Shown here: positions 21,201 through 31,621 of the stretch, piece by piece
Position numbering within the stretch: the first letter of the stretch is position 1
How the letters are laid out: each line of letters opens with the position of its first letter
DNA from: Macrostomum lignano
Taxonomy: Eukaryota
Reading direction: 5' to 3'
NCBI GenBank assembly: GCA_002269645.1
Contig: NIVC01003901.1
Span: 1-31,621 of the forward strand
DNA length: 31,621 bases
Made by a program: the position numbers and the translations under genes
The notes under the pieces: model-generated
Told to the model about the DNA's origin: nothing
Database searches by the model: none
What the model saw: only the letters and a program-made list of their open reading frames with translations

Positions 21201-24200
21201 AAGCTAGAGGCGCAGTTGCCTTCTAATAACTACACCAAGCAGTCTCGCGCATGCACAGGCGTTCGAAAATACGCTCACGGCGTGTTATTCTGCTTCCGTG
21301 CACTTGTATTTTGCACGCAGTCAGTTTGTTTAGACAAATAGACACGGTTTAAGCTAGAGGCGCAGTTGCCTTCTAATAACTACACCAAGCAGTCTCGCGC
21401 ATGCACAGGCGTTCGAAAATACGCTCACGGCGTGTTATTCTGCTTCCGTGCACTTGTATTTTGCACGCAGTCAGTTTGTTTAGACAAATAGACACGGTTT
21501 AAGCTAGAGGCGCAGTTGCCTTCTAATAACTACACCAAGCAGTCTCGCGCATGCACAGGCGTTCGAAAATACGCTCACGGCGTGTTATTCTGCTTCCGTG
21601 CACTTGTATTTTGCACGCAGTCAGTTTGTTTAGACAAATAGACACGGTTTAAGCTAGAGGCGCAGTTGCCTTCTAATAACTACACCAAGCAGTCTCGCGC
21701 ATGCACAGGCGTTCGAAAATACGCTCACGGCGTGTTATTCTGCTTCCGTGCACTTGTATTTTGCACGCAGTCAGTTTGTTTAGACAAATAGACACGGTTT
21801 AAGCTAGAGGCGCAGTTGCCTTCTAATAACTACACCAAGCAGTCTCGCGCATGCACAGGCGTTCGAAAATACGCTCACGGCGTGTTATTCTGCTTCCGTG
21901 CACTTGTATTTTGCACGCAGTCAGTTTGTTTAGACAAATAGACACGGTTTAAGCTAGAGGCGCAGTTGCCTTCTAATAACTACACCAAGCAGTCTCGCGC
22001 ATGCACAGGCGTTCGAAAATACGCTCACGGCGTGTTATTCTGCTTCCGTGCACTTGTATTTTGCACGCAGTCAGTTTGTTTAGACAAATAGACACGGTTT
22101 AAGCTAGAGGCGCAGTTGCCTTCTAATAACTACACCAAGCAGTCTCGCGCATGCACAGGCGTTCGAAAATACGCTCACGGCGTGTTATTCTGCTTCCGTG
22201 CACTTGTATTTTGCACGCAGTCAGTTTGTTTAGACAAATAGACACGGTTTAAGCTAGAGGCGCAGTTGCCTTCTAATAACTACACCAAGCAGTCTCGCGC
22301 ATGCACAGGCGTTCGAAAATACGCTCACGGCGTGTTATTCTGCTTCCGTGCACTTGTATTTTGCACGCAGTCAGTTTGTTTAGACAAATAGACACGGTTT
22401 AAGCTAGAGGCGCAGTTGCCTTCTAATAACTACACCAAGCAGTCTCGCGCATGCACAGGCGTTCGAAAATACGCTCACGGCGTGTTATTCTGCTTCCGTG
22501 CACTTGTATTTTGCACGCAGTCAGTTTGTTTAGACAAATAGACACGGTTTAAGCTAGAGGCGCAGTTGCCTTCTAATAACTACACCAAGCAGTCTCGCGC
22601 ATGCACAGGCGTTCGAAAATACGCTCACGGCGTGTTATTCTGCTTCCGTGCACTTGTATTTTGCACGCAGTCAGTTTGTTTAGACAAATAGACACGGTTT
22701 AAGCTAGAGGCGCAGTTGCCTTCTAATAACTACACCAAGCAGTCTCGCGCATGCACAGGCGTTCGAAAATACGCTCACGGCGTGTTATTCTGCTTCCGTG
22801 CACTTGTATTTTGCACGCAGTCAGTTTGTTTAGACAAATAGACACGGTTTAAGCTAGAGGCGCAGTTGCCTTCTAATAACTACACCAAGCAGTCTCGCGC
22901 ATGCACAGGCGTTCGAAAATACGCTCACGGCGTGTTATTCTGCTTCCGTGCACTTGTATTTTGCACGCAGTCAGTTTGTTTAGACAAATAGACACGGTTT
23001 AAGCTAGAGGCGCAGTTGCCTTCTAATAACTACACCAAGCAGTCTCGCGCATGCACAGGCGTTCGAAAATACGCTCACGGCGTGTTATTCTGCTTCCGTG
23101 CACTTGTATTTTGCACGCAGTCAGTTTGTTTAGACAAATAGACACGGTTTAAGCTAGAGGCGCAGTTGCCTTCTAATAACTACACCAAGCAGTCTCGCGC
23201 ATGCACAGGCGTTCGAAAATACGCTCACGGCGTGTTATTCTGCTTCCGTGCACTTGTATTTTGCACGCAGTCAGTTTGTTTAGACAAATAGACACGGTTT
23301 AAGCTAGAGGCGCAGTTGCCTTCTAATAACTACACCAAGCAGTCTCGCGCATGCACAGGCGTTCGAAAATACGCTCACGGCGTGTTATTCTGCTTCCGTG
23401 CACTTGTATTTTGCACGCAGTCAGTTTGTTTAGACAAATAGACACGGTTTAAGCTAGAGGCGCAGTTGCCTTCTAATAACTACACCAAGCAGTCTCGCGC
23501 ATGCACAGGCGTTCGAAAATACGCTCACGGCGTGTTATTCTGCTTCCGTGCACTTGTATTTTGCACGCAGTCAGTTTGTTTAGACAAATAGACACGGTTT
23601 AAGCTAGAGGCGCAGTTGCCTTCTAATAACTACACCAAGCAGTCTCGCGCATGCACAGGCGTTCGAAAATACGCTCACGGCGTGTTATTCTGCTTCCGTG
23701 CACTTGTATTTTGCACGCAGTCAGTTTGTTTAGACAAATAGACACGGTTTAAGCTAGAGGCGCAGTTGCCTTCTAATAACTACACCAAGCAGTCTCGCGC
23801 ATGCACAGGCGTTCGAAAATACGCTCACGGCGTGTTATTCTGCTTCCGTGCACTTGTATTTTGCACGCAGTCAGTTTGTTTAGACAAATAGACACGGTTT
23901 AAGCTAGAGGCGCAGTTGCCTTCTAATAACTACACCAAGCAGTCTCGCGCATGCACAGGCGTTCGAAAATACGCTCACGGCGTGTTATTCTGCTTCCGTG
24001 CACTTGTATTTTGCACGCAGTCAGTTTGTTTAGACAAATAGACACGGTTTAAGCTAGAGGCGCAGTTGCCTTCTAATAACTACACCAAGCAGTCTCGCGC
24101 ATGCACAGGCGTTCGAAAATACGCTCACGGCGTGTTATTCTGCTTCCGTGCACTTGTATTTTGCACGCAGTCAGTTTGTTTAGACAAATAGACACGGTTT

Positions 24201-27200
24201 AAGCTAGAGGCGCAGTTGCCTTCTAATAACTACACCAAGCAGTCTCGCGCATGCACAGGCGTTCGAAAATACGCTCACGGCGTGTTATTCTGCTTCCGTG
24301 CACTTGTATTTTGCACGCAGTCAGTTTGTTTAGACAAATAGACACGGTTTAAGCTAGAGGCGCAGTTGCCTTCTAATAACTACACCAAGCAGTCTCGCGC
24401 ATGCACAGGCGTTCGAAAATACGCTCACGGCGTGTTATTCTGCTTCCGTGCACTTGTATTTTGCACGCAGTCAGTTTGTTTAGACAAATAGACACGGTTT
24501 AAGCTAGAGGCGCAGTTGCCTTCTAATAACTACACCAAGCAGTCTCGCGCATGCACAGGCGTTCGAAAATACGCTCACGGCGTGTTATTCTGCTTCCGTG
24601 CACTTGTATTTTGCACGCAGTCAGTTTGTTTAGACAAATAGACACGGTTTAAGCTAGAGGCGCAGTTGCCTTCTAATAACTACACCAAGCAGTCTCGCGC
24701 ATGCACAGGCGTTCGAAAATACGCTCACGGCGTGTTATTCTGCTTCCGTGCACTTGTATTTTGCACGCAGTCAGTTTGTTTAGACAAATAGACACGGTTT
24801 AAGCTAGAGGCGCAGTTGCCTTCTAATAACTACACCAAGCAGTCTCGCGCATGCACAGGCGTTCGAAAATACGCTCACGGCGTGTTATTCTGCTTCCGTG
24901 CACTTGTATTTTGCACGCAGTCAGTTTGTTTAGACAAATAGACACGGTTTAAGCTAGAGGCGCAGTTGCCTTCTAATAACTACACCAAGCAGTCTCGCGC
25001 ATGCACAGGCGTTCGAAAATACGCTCACGGCGTGTTATTCTGCTTCCGTGCACTTGTATTTTGCACGCAGTCAGTTTGTTTAGACAAATAGACACGGTTT
25101 AAGCTAGAGGCGCAGTTGCCTTCTAATAACTACACCAAGCAGTCTCGCGCATGCACAGGCGTTCGAAAATACGCTCACGGCGTGTTATTCTGCTTCCGTG
25201 CACTTGTATTTTGCACGCAGTCAGTTTGTTTAGACAAATAGACACGGTTTAAGCTAGAGGCGCAGTTGCCTTCTAATAACTACACCAAGCAGTCTCGCGC
25301 ATGCACAGGCGTTCGAAAATACGCTCACGGCGTGTTATTCTGCTTCCGTGCACTTGTATTTTGCACGCAGTCAGTTTGTTTAGACAAATAGACACGGTTT
25401 AAGCTAGAGGCGCAGTTGCCTTCTAATAACTACACCAAGCAGTCTCGCGCATGCACAGGCGTTCGAAAATACGCTCACGGCGTGTTATTCTGCTTCCGTG
25501 CACTTGTATTTTGCACGCAGTCAGTTTGTTTAGACAAATAGACACGGTTTAAGCTAGAGGCGCAGTTGCCTTCTAATAACTACACCAAGCAGTCTCGCGC
25601 ATGCACAGGCGTTCGAAAATACGCTCACGGCGTGTTATTCTGCTTCCGTGCACTTGTATTTTGCACGCAGTCAGTTTGTTTAGACAAATAGACACGGTTT
25701 AAGCTAGAGGCGCAGTTGCCTTCTAATAACTACACCAAGCAGTCTCGCGCATGCACAGGCGTTCGAAAATACGCTCACGGCGTGTTATTCTGCTTCCGTG
25801 CACTTGTATTTTGCACGCAGTCAGTTTGTTTAGACAAATAGACACGGTTTAAGCTAGAGGCGCAGTTGCCTTCTAATAACTACACCAAGCAGTCTCGCGC
25901 ATGCACAGGCGTTCGAAAATACGCTCACGGCGTGTTATTCTGCTTCCGTGCACTTGTATTTTGCACGCAGTCAGTTTGTTTAGACAAATAGACACGGTTT
26001 AAGCTAGAGGCGCAGTTGCCTTCTAATAACTACACCAAGCAGTCTCGCGCATGCACAGGCGTTCGAAAATACGCTCACGGCGTGTTATTCTGCTTCCGTG
26101 CACTTGTATTTTGCACGCAGTCAGTTTGTTTAGACAAATAGACACGGTTTAAGCTAGAGGCGCAGTTGCCTTCTAATAACTACACCAAGCAGTCTCGCGC
26201 ATGCACAGGCGTTCGAAAATACGCTCACGGCGTGTTATTCTGCTTCCGTGCACTTGTATTTTGCACGCAGTCAGTTTGTTTAGACAAATAGACACGGTTT
26301 AAGCTAGAGGCGCAGTTGCCTTCTAATAACTACACCAAGCAGTCTCGCGCATGCACAGGCGTTCGAAAATACGCTCACGGCGTGTTATTCTGCTTCCGTG
26401 CACTTGTATTTTGCACGCAGTCAGTTTGTTTAGACAAATAGACACGGTTTAAGCTAGAGGCGCAGTTGCCTTCTAATAACTACACCAAGCAGTCTCGCGC
26501 ATGCACAGGCGTTCGAAAATACGCTCACGGCGTGTTATTCTGCTTCCGTGCACTTGTATTTTGCACGCAGTCAGTTTGTTTAGACAAATAGACACGGTTT
26601 AAGCTAGAGGCGCAGTTGCCTTCTAATAACTACACCAAGCAGTCTCGCGCATGCACAGGCGTTCGAAAATACGCTCACGGCGTGTTATTCTGCTTCCGTG
26701 CACTTGTATTTTGCACGCAGTCAGTTTGTTTAGACAAATAGACACGGTTTAAGCTAGAGGCGCAGTTGCCTTCTAATAACTACACCAAGCAGTCTCGCGC
26801 ATGCACAGGCGTTCGAAAATACGCTCACGGCGTGTTATTCTGCTTCCGTGCACTTGTATTTTGCACGCAGTCAGTTTGTTTAGACAAATAGACACGGTTT
26901 AAGCTAGAGGCGCAGTTGCCTTCTAATAACTACACCAAGCAGTCTCGCGCATGCACAGGCGTTCGAAAATACGCTCACGGCGTGTTATTCTGCTTCCGTG
27001 CACTTGTATTTTGCACGCAGTCAGTTTGTTTAGACAAATAGACACGGTTTAAGCTAGAGGCGCAGTTGCCTTCTAATAACTACACCAAGCAGTCTCGCGC
27101 ATGCACAGGCGTTCGAAAATACGCTCACGGCGTGTTATTCTGCTTCCGTGCACTTGTATTTTGCACGCAGTCAGTTTGTTTAGACAAATAGACACGGTTT

Positions 27201-30200
27201 AAGCTAGAGGCGCAGTTGCCTTCTAATAACTACACCAAGCAGTCTCGCGCATGCACAGGCGTTCGAAAATACGCTCACGGCGTGTTATTCTGCTTCCGTG
27301 CACTTGTATTTTGCACGCAGTCAGTTTGTTTAGACAAATAGACACGGTTTAAGCTAGAGGCGCAGTTGCCTTCTAATAACTACACCAAGCAGTCTCGCGC
27401 ATGCACAGGCGTTCGAAAATACGCTCACGGCGTGTTATTCTGCTTCCGTGCACTTGTATTTTGCACGCAGTCAGTTTGTTTAGACAAATAGACACGGTTT
27501 AAGCTAGAGGCGCAGTTGCCTTCTAATAACTACACCAAGCAGTCTCGCGCATGCACAGGCGTTCGAAAATACGCTCACGGCGTGTTATTCTGCTTCCGTG
27601 CACTTGTATTTTGCACGCAGTCAGTTTGTTTAGACAAATAGACACGGTTTAAGCTAGAGGCGCAGTTGCCTTCTAATAACTACACCAAGCAGTCTCGCGC
27701 ATGCACAGGCGTTCGAAAATACGCTCACGGCGTGTTATTCTGCTTCCGTGCACTTGTATTTTGCACGCAGTCAGTTTGTTTAGACAAATAGACACGGTTT
27801 AAGCTAGAGGCGCAGTTGCCTTCTAATAACTACACCAAGCAGTCTCGCGCATGCACAGGCGTTCGAAAATACGCTCACGGCGTGTTATTCTGCTTCCGTG
27901 CACTTGTATTTTGCACGCAGTCAGTTTGTTTAGACAAATAGACACGGTTTAAGCTAGAGGCGCAGTTGCCTTCTAATAACTACACCAAGCAGTCTCGCGC
28001 ATGCACAGGCGTTCGAAAATACGCTCACGGCGTGTTATTCTGCTTCCGTGCACTTGTATTTTGCACGCAGTCAGTTTGTTTAGACAAATAGACACGGTTT
28101 AAGCTAGAGGCGCAGTTGCCTTCTAATAACTACACCAAGCAGTCTCGCGCATGCACAGGCGTTCGAAAATACGCTCACGGCGTGTTATTCTGCTTCCGTG
28201 CACTTGTATTTTGCACGCAGTCAGTTTGTTTAGACAAATAGACACGGTTTAAGCTAGAGGCGCAGTTGCCTTCTAATAACTACACCAAGCAGTCTCGCGC
28301 ATGCACAGGCGTTCGAAAATACGCTCACGGCGTGTTATTCTGCTTCCGTGCACTTGTATTTTGCACGCAGTCAGTTTGTTTAGACAAATAGACACGGTTT
28401 AAGCTAGAGGCGCAGTTGCCTTCTAATAACTACACCAAGCAGTCTCGCGCATGCACAGGCGTTCGAAAATACGCTCACGGCGTGTTATTCTGCTTCCGTG
28501 CACTTGTATTTTGCACGCAGTCAGTTTGTTTAGACAAATAGACACGGTTTAAGCTAGAGGCGCAGTTGCCTTCTAATAACTACACCAAGCAGTCTCGCGC
28601 ATGCACAGGCGTTCGAAAATACGCTCACGGCGTGTTATTCTGCTTCCGTGCACTTGTATTTTGCACGCAGTCAGTTTGTTTAGACAAATAGACACGGTTT
28701 AAGCTAGAGGCGCAGTTGCCTTCTAATAACTACACCAAGCAGTCTCGCGCATGCACAGGCGTTCGAAAATACGCTCACGGCGTGTTATTCTGCTTCCGTG
28801 CACTTGTATTTTGCACGCAGTCAGTTTGTTTAGACAAATAGACACGGTTTAAGCTAGAGGCGCAGTTGCCTTCTAATAACTACACCAAGCAGTCTCGCGC
28901 ATGCACAGGCGTTCGAAAATACGCTCACGGCGTGTTATTCTGCTTCCGTGCACTTGTATTTTGCACGCAGTCAGTTTGTTTAGACAAATAGACACGGTTT
29001 AAGCTAGAGGCGCAGTTGCCTTCTAATAACTACACCAAGCAGTCTCGCGCATGCACAGGCGTTCGAAAATACGCTCACGGCGTGTTATTCTGCTTCCGTG
29101 CACTTGTATTTTGCACGCAGTCAGTTTGTTTAGACAAATAGACACGGTTTAAGCTAGAGGCGCAGTTGCCTTCTAATAACTACACCAAGCAGTCTCGCGC
29201 ATGCACAGGCGTTCGAAAATACGCTCACGGCGTGTTATTCTGCTTCCGTGCACTTGTATTTTGCACGCAGTCAGTTTGTTTAGACAAATAGACACGGTTT
29301 AAGCTAGAGGCGCAGTTGCCTTCTAATAACTACACCAAGCAGTCTCGCGCATGCACAGGCGTTCGAAAATACGCTCACGGCGTGTTATTCTGCTTCCGTG
29401 CACTTGTATTTTGCACGCAGTCAGTTTGTTTAGACAAATAGACACGGTTTAAGCTAGAGGCGCAGTTGCCTTCTAATAACTACACCAAGCAGTCTCGCGC
29501 ATGCACAGGCGTTCGAAAATACGCTCACGGCGTGTTATTCTGCTTCCGTGCACTTGTATTTTGCACGCAGTCAGTTTGTTTAGACAAATAGACACGGTTT
29601 AAGCTAGAGGCGCAGTTGCCTTCTAATAACTACACCAAGCAGTCTCGCGCATGCACAGGCGTTCGAAAATACGCTCACGGCGTGTTATTCTGCTTCCGTG
29701 CACTTGTATTTTGCACGCAGTCAGTTTCTTTAGACAAATAGACACGGTTTAAGCTAGAGGCGCAGTTGCCTTCTAATAACTACACCAAGCAGTCTCGCGC
29801 ATGCACAGGCGTTCGAAAATACGCTCACGGCGTGTTATTCTGCTTCCGTGCACTTGTATTTTGCACGCAGTCAGTTTGTTTAGACAAATAGACACGGTTT
29901 AAGCTAGAGGCGCAGTTGCCTTCTAATAACTACACCAAGCAGTCTCGCGCATGCACAGGCGTTCGAAAATACGCTCACGGCGTGTTATTCTGCTTCCGTG
30001 CACTTGTATTTTGCACGCAGTCAGTTTGTTTAGACAAATAGACACGGTTTAAGCTAGAGGCGCAGTTGCCTTCTAATAACTACACCAAGCAGTCTCGCGC
30101 ATGCACAGGCGTTCGAAAATACGCTCACGGCGTGTTATTCTGCTTCCGTGCACTTGTATTTTGCACGCAGTCAGTTTGTTTAGACAAATAGACACGGTTT

Positions 30201-31621
30201 AAGCTAGAGGCGCAGTTGCCTTCTAATAACTACACCAAGCAGTCTCGCGCATGCACAGGCGTTCGAAAATACGCTCACGGCGTGTTATTCTGCTTCCGTG
30301 CACTTGTATTTTGCACGCAGTCAGTTTGTTTAGACAAATAGACACGGTTTAAGCTAGAGGCGCAGTTGCCTTCTAATAACTACACCAAGCAGTCTCGCGC
30401 ATGCACAGGCGTTCGAAAATACGCTCACGGCGTGTTATTCTGCTTCCGTGCACTTGTATTTTGCACGCAGTCAGTTTGTTTAGACAAATAGACACGGTTT
30501 AAGCTAGAGGCGCAGTTGCCTTCTAATAACTACACCAAGCAGTCTCGCGCATGCACAGGCGTTCGAAAATACGCTCACGGCGTGTTATTCTGCTTCCGTG
30601 CACTTGTATTTTGCACGCAGTCAGTTTGTTTAGACAAATAGACACGGTTTAAGCTAGAGGCGCAGTTGCCTTCTAATAACTACACCAAGCAGTCTCGCGC
30701 ATGCACAGGCGTTCGAAAATACGCTCACGGCGTGTTATTCTGCTTCCGTGCACTTGTATTTTGCACGCAGTCAGTTTGTTTAGACAAATAGACACGGTTT
30801 AAGCTAGAGGCGCAGTTGCCTTCTAATAACTACACCAAGCAGTCTCGCGCATGCACAGGCGTTCGAAAATACGCTCACGGCGTGTTATTCTGCTTCCGTG
30901 CACTTGTATTTTGCACGCAGTCAGTTTGTTTAGACAAATAGACACGGTTTAAGCTAGAGGCGCAGTTGCCTTCTAATAACTACACCAAGCAGTCTCGCGC
31001 ATGCACAGGCGTTCGAAAATACGCTCACGGCGTGTTATTCTGCTTCCGTGCACTTGTATTTTGCACGCAGTCAGTTTCTTTAGACAAATAGACACGGTTT
31101 AAGCTAGAGGCGCAGTTGCCTTCTAATAACTACACCAAGCAGTCTCGCGCATGCACAGGCGTTCGAAAATACGCTCACGGCGTGTTATTCTGCTTCCGTG
31201 CACTTGTATTTTGCACGCAGTCAGTTTCTTTAGACAAATAGACACGGTTTAAGCTAGAGGCGCAGTTGCCTTCTAATAACTACACCAAGCAGTCTCGCGC
31301 ATGCACAGGCGTTCGAAAATACGCTCACGGCGTGTTATTCTGCTTCCGTGCACTTGTATTTTGCACGCAGTCAGTTTGTTTAGACAAATAGACACGGTTT
31401 AAGCTAGAGGCGCAGTTGCCTTCTAATAACTACACCAAGCAGTCTCGCGCATGCACAGGCGTTCGAAAATACGCTCACGGCGTGTTATTCTGCTTCCGTG
31501 CACTTGTATTTTGCACGCAGTCAGTTTGTTTAGACAAATAGACACGGTTTAAGCTAGAGGCGCAGTTGCCTTCTAATAACTACACCAAGCAGTCTCGCGC
31601 ATGCACAGGCGTTTCGAAAAT
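9227..31621. repeat. 150-bp tandem satellite DNA array, ~149.3 copies, runs off the window end (candidate centromeric/pericentromeric satellite)
   Basis: Exact 150-bp period. Consensus: TAACTACACCAAGCAGTCTCGCGCATGCACAGGCGTTCGAAAATACGCTCACGGCGTGTTATTCTGCTTCCGTGCACTTGTATTTTGCACGCAGTCAGTTTGTTTAGACAAATAGACACGGTTTAAGCTAGAGGCGCAGTTGCCTTCTAA (71/150 GC, 11 CpG by hand count). The confidence refers to the satellite call; centromeric function is not shown by the sequence. Confidence 0.99.

Noticed and set aside
31611-31621. 1-bp T insertion in the last partial monomer (GTTTCGAAAAT)
   Set aside because: It is the only indel in the array and lies in the last 11 bases, so it is most likely a sequencing or consensus end error.

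Overview
Eukaryotic, gene-free, repeat-dominated window, probably from an AT-rich animal genome (inferred from TTAGGG-type repeats and tRNA-derived relics; the taxon cannot be determined). Positions 1-~8500 are very AT-rich and CpG-poor. They hold two non-autonomous DNA transposons with intact ends (1475-2270: 17-bp perfect TIRs, TTAA duplication, Kolobok-like; 7068-7740: ~32-bp TIRs, 8-bp duplication CTAAAGAC), two decayed tRNA-like heads, a 23-bp minisatellite expanded inside a ~450-bp macro-repeat carrying telomere-like tracts, and a palindrome-spacer array (5967-6298) with inverted spacers. A GC/CpG-richer segment (~8590-9226) with CCAAT, GC-box and G-quadruplex motifs abuts a 150-bp, 47% GC tandem satellite. 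The satellite starts sharply at 9227 and runs to the window end (~149.3 copies), almost perfectly homogeneous. This looks like the edge of a large satellite array, possibly centromeric or pericentromeric (inference). None of the supplied ORFs is supported as a real gene. No CRISPR array, rRNA or intact tRNA was found. All counts were made by eye.
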